DNA from: Acanthaster planci
Taxonomy: Eukaryota
Reading direction: 5' to 3'
Assembly: GCF_001949145.1 (NCBI RefSeq)
Contig: NW_019091355.1
Span: forward strand, 5,340,517-5,404,516
Length of the DNA stretch: 64,000 bases
Made by a program: the position numbers and the translations under genes. This document shows positions 26,796 to 41,312 of this stretch, piece after piece. Every line of letters starts with the position of its first letter. Within the stretch, counting starts at the first letter, position 1. Below the pieces are notes generated by a model, which worked only from the letters and a program-made list of their open reading frames with translations, was not told where the DNA came from and ran no database searches.

Positions 26796-27198
26796 CACAT
26801 TTGTACAGATACATGGCATTGTTAAACAAAGTTGCAGAGGTGTGAACTGGCCTAACAAAGCTGCCTTCCCTGTTATCCATGCCCAAGTGCCACTATACAT
26901 GTACCAGTACGTAATAATGCACTGCGAGTTCTCACATGCTTGAATATTTAAATGAGTTGATCCCCATTTCGGAGATCAAAGCACCCATGACAACCTTGCC
27001 ATTTCATGACCCCACGTCAAATGAGAGAAAATGAGGCTGCTTATCCACGCAACCTTAATTGCCCCACCGCAGCTAATCCGCAGCGTGTCTATTCTAAGGT
27101 ACATGTATGCAATAACAAATCATTGCACAATTCAAATAGTCTGATACTTCAACTTCTAATTGCTTCCATATATAGCTGAAGATCTGCTTTGTGTGCTT

Positions 27199-27212
27199 GT
27201 TGCCATGACAAC
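27199..27212. promoter_or_regulatory. RFX X-box-like motif
   Basis: gttgccatgacaac, one mismatch to the palindromic consensus GTTGCCATGGCAAC. Confidence 0.5.
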
Positions 27213-27419
27213 GCAAATTAATGATTCAATACGCTGCACAGTGGGATGATTTCCATCTCCATTATTTTATGCATGACGTCTCATATCTTAAATGCCTTTA
27301 AACTTTTTGTCCTCTCCTGGGAAGATGTACACGTATATATTTTCAATTAAACTTTCAATGCGTTCATCCTCCACGGTCCTCCATTATTTCTTGAATATGC
27401 TCCTCGGAGAAATGCCCAC

Positions 27420-27668
27420 TGCCTCAATCCTTCAAAATCCTCTGGCAATTCCTGCCATTAAGTTGAGGCAGTGTGAATGGTATCCTTGACCAGTATGGTT
27501 GAATTCATGTAAAACTGAGGCATGAACATACGCCTGGCTAGGCATGAACAGCACAAGGTCTAATCCTAGACCCTCGCCCTTTGCAGTCAGTCACACTTTT
27601 CTGCCATAAATACTTAATCCTCTGAAATCACCTGGAGGATTTTAGAAGATTGAGAGTGGTTAGGGTTA
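27420..27668. mobile_element. Degenerate relative of the TTAA-CCCT hairpin family
   Basis: ctcaatccttcaaaatcctc (about 27423) is the inverted partner of gaggattttagaagattgag...gttagggtta (about 27636-27668); same arm motif as 17571-17629. Confidence 0.45.
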
Positions 27669-27769
27669 GAAGACTTCGTCATCAAAATTTATGATCAGCA
27701 CAGTTGCAGTGGAAGTCCATTTGCATTCTCCTACATGTATTGTATGCTTAATTGTTGCACGCTTGTCTG

Positions 27770-28528
27770 TTAAAGGGAATGAATAAAAGGCAGGAGAAAC
27801 ATTTCAAATGTAAATGAAAGTGTTTGTTGTTACCAAATACATGTATACATGGAGCTTAAAATCTGCTGACATGTACTTACCCTTCGTCAAGCAACTCATA
27901 ACTTTTCAGAACTTATCAACAATATGCTTCAGAGCATCCACAAGAGAGGATTTTGCGTTCACCCCTGCAAGACTGGTTGATCAAAATATCTTTTGCACTG
28001 CAATTTGTTCTGCATGCACATGTCTGCTCTACTTGGTCCTAAATGTGTATATGTGCTAGTATGAAACTAGTTGAACGGTTGAAGGGTTTCCAAAACCCAA
28101 TTCAAAGAAAAACATGTATCTGCAAGGAAGACTGAATGCTCTTTCATTTTCATTCCTAGGGTATGGGCGATATCTCTGTTTATACACCGGACAACAGTTT
28201 TCGTACGCACATGTACATGCATGTCCTCCAGAGTGAATGCATATGCAGTGTTTAAACTCTTGAAGCTCGTAAATTGAAATTGTAATGTGTTATGCCGAAT
28301 ATTACGAGATACAAGTAAGGGCTCTTATAAGTTCTGATACAATTCAACAAAAACCCAGGGACTTAGGGTGGGAATTTACATTTAAATTTGAAAAACATTT
28401 AGAAAACATTTCCATACTGTGTAAATGTCTCACCCTTAGCCGGTGTCATTGAAAACTTTAATTGTATACATATTCACCGTAAACAGTTGACACAAAGTTC
28501 CGGTGATGAATGCATTGTATTCCTTTGA
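27770..28528. mobile_element. Possible Kolobok-like non-autonomous element
   Basis: Starts ttaaagggaat and ends tattcctttga (imperfect inverted pair, eroded TTAA). Confidence 0.35.
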
Positions 28529-30450
28529 TATGACCAAGCAGTAAAGTGTTTTAAAAATCAGATTACATTTTAACAGGCATCATTTACAATAAAAAACAAA
28601 CGCCAGATTTTGTTTATTAAAATGTCAAACTTCTAAAAGGGGCGGGTTCGTTGAAAGGTTTCAGAAAATCTATAAGCGGATTTGGTACTTTTTTACCAGG
28701 GACCATCAAATACTAGTACATGTACATGTAAGTTTATTTTGAAAACAGTATAAGTAATAGAGAATTTGAGAATTGACAACAGTAAGAGAAAAGTGTGCAA
28801 TCCTGGATAAACAAATATGAAGGATTCAGCTTTAAGGACATACTACTGCTAGGGACACCTTTTGGCTTAAATGCTGATGACATTTGACATTTCATATTTT
28901 CACATGGCCGACCCTTTTAAAAGGAGATTGGAGTGGAGTTCCAAAGCATCTGATTTCACTAATGGTCCTCTACAACCTTGCTCACCAAGACAACCATCCT
29001 CCCTCTTGGGGACCCAAAAGTTAATCTCGTTATAAGCAGGATGCTGTATTGACAGTGCTCTCCTAATCGGTGTTCCATTGCATTGCAACTGGAAAGGGCC
29101 TACATGTATGCCTGTATGAAGCTCTAGATATGAGCCCATAATCCTTTGGGTTCCTGGAAAAAGGTTCTACACTGTGTTCACTGATCTGCTTGTACATCAT
29201 CAGCAGTCTTGGGTGAGGCACAGCTTAATTGCACTGGTGCATGGCACTGCTCTAAGAGTTTGTTGCTCATGTGAGAGCAAAGACAATATGAGTGCAAAGT
29301 GCACACTCGTGCCTGTGTCTCACAGTAACCAAGATGTGCAACTCAGAGAGTGTCACGTCCGAAGCTTCTCTGTGCACACTGGCAGCTACCCAAAGGTACC
29401 GGTAATACCGTACACCGCCAATCTGTACAGCGAACGCTGCAAATTGATTCTGATTTTGTTTACGCAGCAGTAAAGGATTTCCATTAGAAGGCCTGTCTGC
29501 AAGTAAATCTATACGCAGAGCATCACTGATATTAAAAATTCACAGTGACTTGTCTGTGCACAATTTACATACATGTACATGTATGTACATTATTGAAAAT
29601 GGTAGCTCTCCCCCCAAGTACACGAATATCACCTGGGAACATACAAATTCTACTCTTCTTGTGAAATGTATATGGGACAACCCTTCTTAGTCAACCTTCA
29701 AGGAAAGTTTCCATACTTTTCCTAACATATGGCAAAACATGTACCGGTACAATGTATACTGCAGTCACCAATGGATTAAAAAAAAACCAAAACAAAATAG
29801 AAACAAAACAAAACAAAAAACAAAGTCCCATCTGACATTTACATGAACATTTACGTGTACATGTACAAATGTATTCAACATTATTTTGCATGTGAACACT
29901 TTACTGATACCTCTAGCATACATTGCAGGAACTGAAGTACCAATGTTCGCTCACTGATAGTATTCGTTATGCCTTTCTCAGAATAACCATCGTAGTGGCA
30001 AACACAAAGTGACGTAAAAGATGAACAGAACAAGTCTTCAAGTTAGTGTAACTTTTGAAGGCCTTTGTCATTTAGACTACATTTGGAAGCACAATTTAAA
30101 CAGCCAGTTGCCAATTTAGACACTGTCTGCTCTGGGGCAGAGACAATCGAAACTCACCGCCTCGTAAACAATCCAATCAATCTAATTAAGATTCTCTCTC
30201 TGAAATAATTCTATCATCTACTGGGCTCAATTAGCCAGCTTACATGTAAAATGGCCGCAAGGGACCATTGTTTTTCGCTTGTTTTGTTTTGTATTCCTTT
30301 GGTTTTGACTTCATAACAATTGATGATCAACCCCAAACATTGCAGATTCCGCATTTTTTAATTAGAAGTTTTGTACACATCAGCCTGAATCAGAGTCATT
30401 TCTACATGTTTATGCTAATCATGACATAAAAAACCCTTCATTTTGATTAA

Positions 30451-31121
30451 CCCTAACAGTTCCGGGCANNNNNNNNNNNNNNNNNNNNNNNNNNNNNNNN
30501 NNNNNNNNNNNNNNNNNNNNNNNNNNNNNNNNNNNNNNNNNNNNNNNNNNNNNNNNNNNNNNNNNNNNNNNNNNNNNNNNNNNNNNNNNNNNNNNNNNNN
30601 NNNNNNNNNNNNNNNNNNNNNNNNNNNNNNNNNNNNNNNNNNNNNNNNNNNNNNNNNNNNNNNNNNNNNNNNNNNNNNNNNNNNNNNNNNNNNNNNNNNN
30701 NNNNNNNNNNNNNNNNNNNNNNNNNNNNNNNNNNNNNNNNNNNNNNNNNNNNNNNNNNNNNNNNNNNNNNNNNNNNNNNNNNNNNNNNNNNNNNNNNNNN
30801 NNNNNNNNNNNNNNNNNNNNNNNNNNNNNNNNNNNNNNNNNNNNNNNNNNNNNNNNNNNNNNNNNNNNNNNNNNNNNNNNNNNNNNNNNNNNNNNNNNNN
30901 NNNNNNNNNNNNNNNNNNNNNNNNNNNNNNNNNNNNNNNNNNNNNNNNNNNNNNNNNNNNNNNNNNNNNNNNNNNNNNNNNNNNNNNNNNNNNNNNNNNN
31001 NNNNNNNNNNNNNNNNNNNNNNNNNNNNNNNNNNNNNNNNNNNNNNNNNNNNNNNNNNNNNNNNNNNNNNNNNNNNNNNNNNNNNNNNNNNNNNNNNNNN
31101 NNNNNNNNGGGACTGTTAGGG
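30451..31121. mobile_element. piggyBac-like element, interior lost in N gap
   Basis: TTAA at 30447-30450 and 31122-31125; TIRs ccctaacagttcc / gggactgttaggg match 12/13; gap 30469-31108. Confidence 0.8.
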
Positions 31122-33304
31122 TTAAGAAGTTGATTGCACATGATAAAGCCTGGATTTCTCAAAGGTTCATGAAGGTAAACTCGCAAGTGGGCAGACTTAC
31201 AAAAAAAACCATAAAATATACTGATTTTGTAAGCATACCCTTTGAACACCAACTGAAAATACATGTACATATACATATACAACAGGCCTTTTTTTCAGAG
31301 GAGACACACAACTATGGTGAACGTACATTTACATGTAATTGGGGTACAAACTCTTGGTATTTTTGATCTGCTCAGATTACATGTACATGGGTAACCCCAA
31401 AAGACAGATGAATGAAATTAATTACTCTGCCCAGATGGCAGACAAACTGCCGTCGCTCCATCAAGTACTCCGAGAGGACTTAATCTCATTGAATGTAATT
31501 TTAAAAATCCATCATAATCCCTCTCAGTCGAGCAATAAACCAAATTGGGCCAAGGATGCATTATTCATTAAGCACAGGTATCCTATACCCTTGTACAATA
31601 TCGGTAATGTTTCATTTTTGAAGCACAAATTCAATTTTTATTTCACAATCGAAGTGAAATGTGTACAGAACCGCAGCTCAAATGAAAATGCATTTAGGTT
31701 TCAAATTTCATAGCTAAAACTCTCATCTGTGATAAGAAGCCATCAGGCGCATACATGTAGCCTGGGTTTTGATTTTCGGTCTAACGCTACAACATCAGGC
31801 TGCGAAGACAGCTGCAAGATAAAGAGACAGTTTTGGAATTTTTTTACAACTCAATACTCAATACTTTTATCGTCCAAATTGGCTGTCTTCATTAGTTTTA
31901 TATGTATGATTGATATTGGCCATCCTGGTTCAGCATTGACAATCCGTTGCCGTCCTGTTCTTGCTCCCTATCGTTGCTCCCATCTTGTTCTTAAACTCTG
32001 TGCATTTTGTCCCTCTGCATCCCCCCTTTGGCTAAACTGCTGGACTGAATGACTGAAAGCTTTTAAAATAATTGGTGACATTCATTCACACCTTCGCTTA
32101 GACATACATTGTATCTGATGGGGTAATGTCTTTCACTTCACGACTACAACGTAATTTTTGGTTAGAAAGAGTATCTTCACAAAGAGAAGTTTCAACTTGT
32201 TTCCTGCAAGAAAGTAACTGCAGCCCCTTGAAAGGCTATAATGCATGCAGACAAAGGCCACATAATCTAGATAATGCTGGAAGAGGCAGTTAGTGCAGAA
32301 AAAGCAAATTCACTCTCAGGAAATCACACATCTGAGCTAAAAATACATGCTGAAATGTCTGATGAATTTGATCATGTCCTCTTTAACAGTGCGTGCAGCA
32401 AACTGCAATCCACCACAAACGGGAAGGTTAAGAACCGTTACAAGTTCTACTTCAGGGGGCTATGTTTGGTGACTGGTGCACTTAACGATCACTCCAACGA
32501 CGAATTCACCATTTCCTGGGGGTGTGCAGAAGGTTTCATCTTGTCTTGAGCATTCCCCAAAGTTATGACACACGCAATTACCCCGGGAAGAGTTGAGAGG
32601 TGGCCCATTTCAACACAGTTGCAGCTGAGACGTGAAAACGGGAACACTTGGCATTCTACTCACTGGGCATCTCCACAATGTACCCTGTTTGATGCGGACC
32701 ATTTAATCAGCGCAAACATGTTTACAGGGAATCCGAATGTGGTTAGAATGAGGGTAAAGGTGGGAAGGCTGTCAGGGTAGGGGGGTTACATGTGTATGTA
32801 TCTGTTCACAGTTATCAAACAGGAGGGAATTAAACTTCACAGGAAGAGAAAAAATGCTTTCAGCGAACTCAAACACATAATGGGTACAGACAGGTACATG
32901 CATATGCTAGATTCCCCTTTTCAGTCATCTCAGCGTAGGTACATGTACGTGGTGTAGTTTTCAAATGTGCCCCTTCTAATGCCCCTCCTTGTTGAAAAAG
33001 ACTAAAGCTTAATTTAATCCTTTTGTACCTGTATTTCTCTCGTCATTTTACATTCACAAATACCTCAGACAGTCAGTCAACATGCAAGTTGACCGTGTAT
33101 TAACATTTGATAATGCCTGCCGAGCAGTGATAATGCCCGCTGTGTAAGTTGAGTGCTGGAACCTGGATACAAGACGGTTTTTAATCAATTCTGATTGGTC
33201 AAGAGTCTGTGTGCTTGCGGCTCGCCGAGCGCATGCTAAATGGATAATTTGGACAAGGACTATTCCATTTAATGGAAACTGAAAGTAAAATTCTAAAATC
33301 GCTA

Positions 33305-33507
33305 GAAATCCATCATATATTGACTTCTTTTGACTCTCGGACTAAAAAGGTATTTATGAATGGGAATGAATATAACTAACGTTTATGACCGGCTCAGGAG
33401 ACTGAACGCTGATAATGCCCTTGCCTGCAGTTCGGGCATTAGTCACGTCCATTCACTTGAGTCGGTCTGCACTGCACGTTTAAGACCGGCCAAGCACATA
33501 TTTATTC
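33305..33507 (+). repeat. Interspersed repeat with nested palindrome, copy 2
   Basis: Aligns with 25916-26090 (aaatccatcata...ttcttttgactct...ggtatttatgaatgggaat...ggagactgaacgct...ataatgcc...gggcattagtc). Confidence 0.7.
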
Positions 33508-36500
33508 AGGGCCTGCTGCAAGTCATTGGCTCTCTTCAACTTTCAACATATTTGAAATTGTCAGTAAAGGATGCCAGATTGTGAAGTTGATTATGTCAGT
33601 GCTTCCATGATCAAAAGTAACTGTTCTGACATCCTTCCTTCTATATGAATGCATGCTGTATTCATTTGAAAATTTATGTGCCATTATCATCAGCTGAGGG
33701 ATTCTGCAAACATCTTGTTGTAACAGGATGTAATCACGGACCATTTACATTGTAAATGGTCCGTGATGTAATGAATGACTGCTTTGTAGCATTCACATAA
33801 TTAAAAGGGAGAAGAAAGTGGTGAGTATCTCTGTTTGGCTCCAACCAGACAACTGAAGGTATTATTGATATTCATAACAGCGTAGGGTCCAATTCAGATT
33901 CCCTTGAGTGTACAAGCTAACACCTACCACACCTGTTGTCAATACCAGTGGTGTGAGAAACTCCCCAGCAGGCAGGAAACCGGTGACATGACTAGATCCT
34001 CTGTCAACGATGAGATCAAAAGGGGGCAGGCAGTGCATCAGCCAAGTCACTGGACAGAATCAATAATTCCCGGAGTGCCGACTCCTAGGTCCAGACTTGG
34101 TGTTGGATGTCCCCTCAGAAAATATGGACAAAAACAGAATCTGATCCAGACAACAACAAAATCTGTTTGAAGGCAAGGAAAGACGTGGGAATCAGTTACC
34201 ACAGCAACTATATTTAGATGCAACCGTAGACTGTCTTGACGTGGTGTTGCCGGGTGCAAAATTCAAAAAGTGCAGACAGAAGAGCATAGGCATATCTGTC
34301 GCTCTCAATTAGAACCTGCGCCTTTAGCAAATTTGGTTAGTGATTCTCTGCAGCTCAAAATCAAGTCAAGCCTTTCTCCAAGTAACATTCGGGTTGAATT
34401 TCCCTCAAGGCGGTATTCCCCTCGGGGGTTGCTCCTAATGCATGCGATCCAACCGCCTTAAAACAGATCTGGCCAGGTCTAAATGGGCAAAAACCATAAT
34501 CAGACCAAACAGGTCCACGGGCAAAAGCACCAGAGGCCCGATCCTACCATAGGCAAGTGCCCTGACATCTCAAAATTGACACTTTCCGTCAGTCTCGAAA
34601 ATCTGATTTCTCCTCACTTCCACATATACACTCTTACACTGGACCACTCTCCGTGGTTACAGAGATGTGCTGCACTTTTGAGATGAGAGAAACAGTTTTT
34701 CTTTTCAGTTGAAAAGACGAACTTGTGCATATTCGTTCAAAAGATGTGATACACAGAATGCATTAAATGAAGCTGCAAGCACAATGCCTCAGTTGTGGGA
34801 AACCGGGTTAGAGTTACTTTTGGGTGGCACTACACTCCAAAAAGAAAACTGTTTACTTTTTTTTTCTTTGAGGATGACATTGGTGGTAAGAGCAAGGTAA
34901 GGAAACATGCTGTTTTTAACTCCCTGCTTTTGCATGCATTCCATCACATCAGCTCCTCTTGAAAAACACAAACAAAATCCTTCATTTTCATGAATAAAAT
35001 ATATTCTAACTCAAGACATTCCAAGGTCTCTTTCAGAATTTCATGAACACTTTCAACGTAAAGCATTAACTGCACCATCATAATTGACGCAAGTCCCCTT
35101 TTTTAATAAAAAAAGTCCAAAGGTCAGATGATGTAGTTGCACCTGTGTTGAACATTTTCACTTGACAATCTGAAAAAAAAAACCTTAATTTTTTTCTCTA
35201 GCTCAGATTGCCATGGCCAGAGCGGTGCATACAGAGAGTTGTGACATACATATAAGTGTCATCATGGTTGGAATCAAACTGCAAGGTTTTGCACCAATGC
35301 CCACAGACAGTTGGTACACAATTGCTGCAAATTATACTGTACACATTTAAATGAACAGCCATTTCGCTTCCCAAATCTGAAGTAGGCAATACTCTCTCTT
35401 TTTACAGCTCTGGCCTCGTCTGTGAGTGTACATTTCCGATGATGATGGCACAATGGTGCCATGGGGATGGGCACTCTCCTGTCATTCTTGATTCTTGGGC
35501 ACCATTACCACACGGAATGTTTATCAGAATCTCAATCAGGTTGGCGTTTACGATATTGTCTCTTTAGTTGTTGCTGGACAGTTTCTTGGCTCAATACGGT
35601 GAGTTTGTCTTGAAATCTGGCCATGAACTGCACTGGCTACTGTAAAACCACTGAGGCCTTTAGGAGATGACTCAGTTTAGATGGCAATTCAAAAAAAGGG
35701 CCATACGTTGAGAGATGGTCTGCTTTGTCAAGCAGTGACTTAAAAAAATCAGTCCATCATTTTTGTTATGACATTTTCCACCTACTTCCCAGTTGATGGG
35801 GAGTGAAAACGCCAGTCGTAGACAATGTTCATGAGTTGGTTCTCATCATGTGGAACCCCATTTCCGCAGTCATCCATCTAAGAACATACATGTATGCACC
35901 ATAATTTGCCAATGCACAGGAGGACCCTAGACACTGATTGCTATAGAAACAGTAATCAGGAGAATACAGACAATTAGAATGTGAACCGTGGCCCAGTTCA
36001 TGTGTATGTCAACCCTAGCAAATGATAACAAACATCACTCACTCCCTTGTGTGCTGTCAAATACTGGCTTGCCAAATTCACTCCTTGGTAACTCATGTCA
36101 TCTAATAAGAAGGCAGACAATGCCAGCCAGGTAGATTAATAATCATCTACTGTATATGTACATGTAGCTGATGCACAGGTGCAAATAACTGATAACGAAC
36201 CATTACTTTAGGACATCTACATGTACATACATAAGAGGATCTGTCACAATGCAGGTATTTTGACAGAACCCTTTACACTTGGTGGAACACAGATCTGTTG
36301 CTTTGCATGGTTTGAAGAATCTTACTGCATTAGATATACATGCAGGCACATGGTCCTCTGTGCACTTGCCCTAGATAGCTGTCACACTTCCTGGCAGATG
36401 TTATACTTTTTGCACTCTGCCCAACTCTTTATGCATAAGGTGGGATCACAAGCAGGTATTGTATGTAGCTTTTCATGGTTGGAAGGAGAATGCTGTAAAA

Positions 36501-39500
36501 TCTGTACTGCCTTGTGTGGTTATATTCATGATTCCAGAAAGCTGCCACAGACCCCCACAAATCTGCGCCAGTTGGCATTCAATTGCCACCCTTTTCTTGC
36601 AGTTATGACAGTTTGAAAATTGAAGGTTTCACAAAAGGTGGATTCTGAAGAGGATTCTAGCACTAATTACTCATAAAGTGGGCCAATCAGAGTTACTGTG
36701 CACTAACTGGTAGCCAATCACAGTCCATTGTTTTAGCCAACCAGGCAAGGGGTCAGATTACTTCTTTCAGGCAATGCTAGTTTAGGAGGGAAATTCTCAT
36801 GTGAGGATCATTCTGTCACAGCTAGTTGGGCAAGCAGGGTCAATTTGCCCACCACCACCCCAGTATCTGGCTTTTTAAAGGATATTTGGTTTTAGTGGCA
36901 TTTTTTTTACAGGATTCGAAGATCCAGCCACTTCCTAATACACACAAGATGTGACATGTATCTTTACTGTTGTGATAAATTCTACCAATGATATTATTGT
37001 TGACAATGATGATTGCCATAATACAATGTACATGTACATGTAATTTGAAATGTGTAAGGGGTCGGCCACACCCTCTTATGTACATGTACCCCAGGGGGTG
37101 GGGTGTGCTGTATGTCCCATAGCACAACCAGTACTGACCCCAAAAGGTTGGATGGATCATTTTATTATTTCATGATTGTTCCTGGGGCCTGGGAGCCCAT
37201 TCATTAATGACTGGCCTGTAAGCCAAATGACAACAGATGTACATGTACGTCGGACCTGGGAGTCCTTTGTTTGTTTGATGTATGTTTTGAGGCCTACCAG
37301 TCCATAACTGATGTCAGCTTGCCCAAAACAGATTTGGTATCTGGCAAAATAATAACTAATTGAAGCTTTGGCAAGAGACAGGAAAATAATTTGTCTGGAA
37401 GTTTGTTCATTTGTGAGTAGGAGTATAAACAGACATTGTGCACTGTACATGCATGGATGCATGTTACAACTGTTTTTCACTGAGGTGAAAACAGGTCATC
37501 AGTGACATATAAAAAAAGGTAAGGAATCTGAGAAATTCTACTAGCTGCATGAACTTTAACTTGATGCAGTTCCTGGCTTTTTTCCCTTTAATTTGTGTTT
37601 CGTTTTCATTTGTTGTTGTTTCACAGATTTAATGTTAAATCTTTTGAACGGGTTAATTAGCAATGAAGAAATGTCTGATCTTCAAGAAAAAAATTGACCA
37701 CATGAATTCTGGTTCCTAAAATTAAACTTTTAAGGCCGGCTAACACTTCAGACAAAATGGGAAAGCAAAGAAAATTTGATGCCACAAAAAGTTTATGGCT
37801 AAATTCGCTGGAGTTGAAATGCGTTCAATGTTCGCACACTTGCAATTCAAACATTGATCCGACACCACAGAGTCATGTTCATGGTTGTTTTTTCACCAAT
37901 CATAATGGCTTTTAAGAACAAATTTCTGAAAAACTCTTCCAAATTCCGCGCACAGGGAAATCCTTCTGGCCAACGCCCTGACCCCTACCATGTTTGTAGC
38001 ATGTGATGACACTGCATGACTGCCTCAAGTCAGTACTGACATGACGATTAACTGTGATGACAAGTTTTAAAAAGGCATTTTAATTGCTCTTAAAGGAAAA
38101 AAATCAGAGCACTTCTGGGATAAAATGAATCCCGGCTGCAGGCCCAACTGCGTTGTGTTTACCACGCCTAAAAAAATCTACACATATAAGGGCAGTGAAA
38201 GCAAAAACATATCATCTACACTCTGTGGAGCTGAAGTTTGCCTGTCAGAATTGGCTATCTTGGGGCTGTGGCTTTGACTTGTTGGCATGATCAAGCCACA
38301 GAGAATAGCTGTAGACAATGATCCCCACTTCTGACAAAGTTTTGGGAGAGTGCAAGTTTTGAGGCCAAATCTCTGCTGGAGAATTGACATCCACGTACGT
38401 GTATGTGTACTGTGCATGTACATGTATGTTCTCAGCATTACCATCACATCCAGCTACAACTGCTGAACAAAATTCAATTTAATTCAACTCTATCTTGCAG
38501 CAAAGGTGGATGTCAGTTTAATTCAATTTACAGTGTACCGGTAGCATGGGCTAGAATTACTATACAGCGCATAAAGTGAGCAGATTTCAACCTGTATGTA
38601 CCGTACATACGCACAATTGACGCGAGTGAAGCCTTCATTTTTACAGACCTACATGTACAGCGGGATGGATTTCGGACCAGATGAAACTTCTCACTTAAAT
38701 GACTTTGTGCTTGTCATGTTTCAAATTGAGAATATTGGGTCATTTGACCCAGATACGCCATCAATATAAACTACATGTACCTGTCCTCTGAGGTACGTCA
38801 CACCACTGTTAAAGATCTACAGAGAGCTATGGAGCATTGAATGTCAGTAAAAGCTGTGATGTGCTCATTTCACCATATACTGTTCCTACACATACACATG
38901 CGCAATGAAAAACAGTAAGTACATATATTCATACATACATGTATGTATTCTGAAAGCTCTTTATGGCCAACCTGTTTCATTAAAAAAAAACTTCCTTGTT
39001 TTTTGGTTACCTTGTGGTAACCTCACTGCATGTATCGTACATGTATGTTGCCGCAGGGTCCAGACCAAATTAATCATGTTGCAAACTCAGGATGTGTATA
39101 TGTAGATTGATTGGTAGGTGGCCGTCTCTTGTTGTTGTAGGCAACAAGGTTGATCGATGAGCACTGGTAGGTACTGTGCCTGTACTTCATTTATGCGCTC
39201 CCCAAACGATTAAAGGGGGCATGGAATAAAAACTGAAACTGTAAGAGTTCCTATGGGGCTATCGATCCTGAGGTTTCTGGTTCAAGTATAAAATAGCTGT
39301 GTTCTTTTGGTCTCAACCTAATTTTAACTTGCATTGAAATCTGACTTTTTTGTACTGTTGTACTGTACATCAGATCATTTAATACCTTACCAATGCGGAT
39401 GCATGTGTTAATAACAAAAATACATACACAACTAGTAGGTTTTTAACTGAGAAGATGTGACAAATGGGAAGTAAATATGATCAACGTCTGGTCTTATGAA

Positions 39501-40811
39501 ATGTGTGCATCTAACCAGAAAAATGTTAATGGGACTATACAAGTGTACAATGTACATGTACCTGTAACACACATTTGAATTCATTTTCCCATTTTCAAGA
39601 AGTTTTCAAAAATCATTTGAACAAAATAAAATATTTACAGTATGTATTTTTTGGGGCATCGGGGGATGTTAATTTAACAATGCATATTGGATGTTTTCCC
39701 CACCACCAGTGTACCAGTATATTTATAACTGCTGTAAACTTGGTGTTGACTGAAGGCTTATGAAGAAATTCACAAGCTTACTTTAGTATAATATTCAACC
39801 AACGTTTTCACGCAGCGTCAATAATGCCATAAGTGACCCAAAGTGAGAAAACATCACGCTACCGATGAAAATGCCGACTGCAAATATTAAAAATTCAGGT
39901 TTCATGCAAGCAATTTCTCAACACTTACGTGCCTATTGTATCCCCTTTCTGGACAAAAAAATAATAAAGCCAGGGGCTACGAGGACAAGACCTGAATAAT
40001 GGAGCTTTGTGCCAGTACGTGTCACTGGCAGGGTATCAATCACGCACACAAGTTAAAAGAAAGAGGGCAGTGGCCAAGCTGACCCTTTCAACATAAGACC
40101 AATAGACACGTTCTTGCAATGAGCATGCAATGTCATATAATTATACAATTACCAGCAGACATGTAACCTCCCCAAACAGTAACCTTTCCACAATTATGAA
40201 CATTACATGCAACCATGCATGTACTGTACACGTACATGCATTGCTGAGAGGCTGTGTCCAAATTAACCGGCAGTGGCTAACAATAAATGTTCCTACGGCA
40301 GCCACTGCAACCCTTTCCCTCAGACTTACGTGTGTTTCTGCCCACTGCAGTCAAATGAGTTGGACACGGCTATGGTTTTGTGAGTAGGCCCAAGCGCTCT
40401 GTGAAACCTCTAACTGCAATAGAGTACCAAAGTGAATATGCTGGGGCACACTTGTGTGTGCGTAAAACTAAAAGAAATTTGTGCAAGAACAAGCACTTGA
40501 ACCGACACGCATGCAAACTCTATTCCTTTGCACTGCACTTCCTGGTTCCAAGTGATGTCATGCTGGGATACTCAATTCTTCCGAAGAGTTTGTGAGGTGT
40601 ACAAATGAGTGTGGATCTTTGCTGGTCTGTCACAAAATATTCTTGACTCTAAAAGTATTACTCAGACTGCATGCCTACGACGTAACACCAAGCAGAATGT
40701 CTACAGAATGTTGCGCACACTGGTACATGTTTACATGTGCCTTACATGTACATGTACATGTACATGTACATACAGTAGTACTATGAGTTTGTTTATTATC
40801 CCATGGTGAAG

Positions 40812-41312
40812 TAGGGCTGTGCTGAATATCCAAATAATTGAATATTCAATCCATTGATGAAAATTCGAATACTATTTTTCGAATTGGAATATTCGAATGC
40901 AAAATTCAGGAAAAGTAAGGGAAAATGTTCTTTTTATTTTAAATGAGAAACACTGCACTGTGGAGGTTTGTTTCAAGCAGATTCAAATGAAAAGCATCAG
41001 AAATCTTATAACGATTTAAAAAGTAAATTATTCCTTAAACAATTTAAAAGGAATAGAAATTTCCGACAGGGCTATAACTCTTGTTCATCTGTTAAATCTT
41101 GCTAAATCGTGGCTAAAGGTACATGTACTCCTAGATGTGAGAAGCTATTACATTGATCATAATGTACAAATGTGTGTGTGTTATTGTAACCAAGTTTGTG
41201 TATGGTTTAATCATCAACAATGTGCCAGTAAGTAAGACCGAATATTTGGATATTCGATAAAATAAAAGGTCCAATATTTGAAAAGTGAATTATTTGAACT
41301 GATTCAGCCCTA
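40812..41312 (+). mobile_element. hAT-like MITE, best-preserved copy
   Basis: Perfect 8-bp TIR tagggctg/cagcccta; 8-bp TSD tggtgaag (40804-40811) / cggtgaag (41313-41320); two further copies in the window. Confidence 0.85.

Noticed and set aside
24835..31366. Long ORFs of 258-308 aa
   Set aside because: Artefacts of N gaps translated as X.
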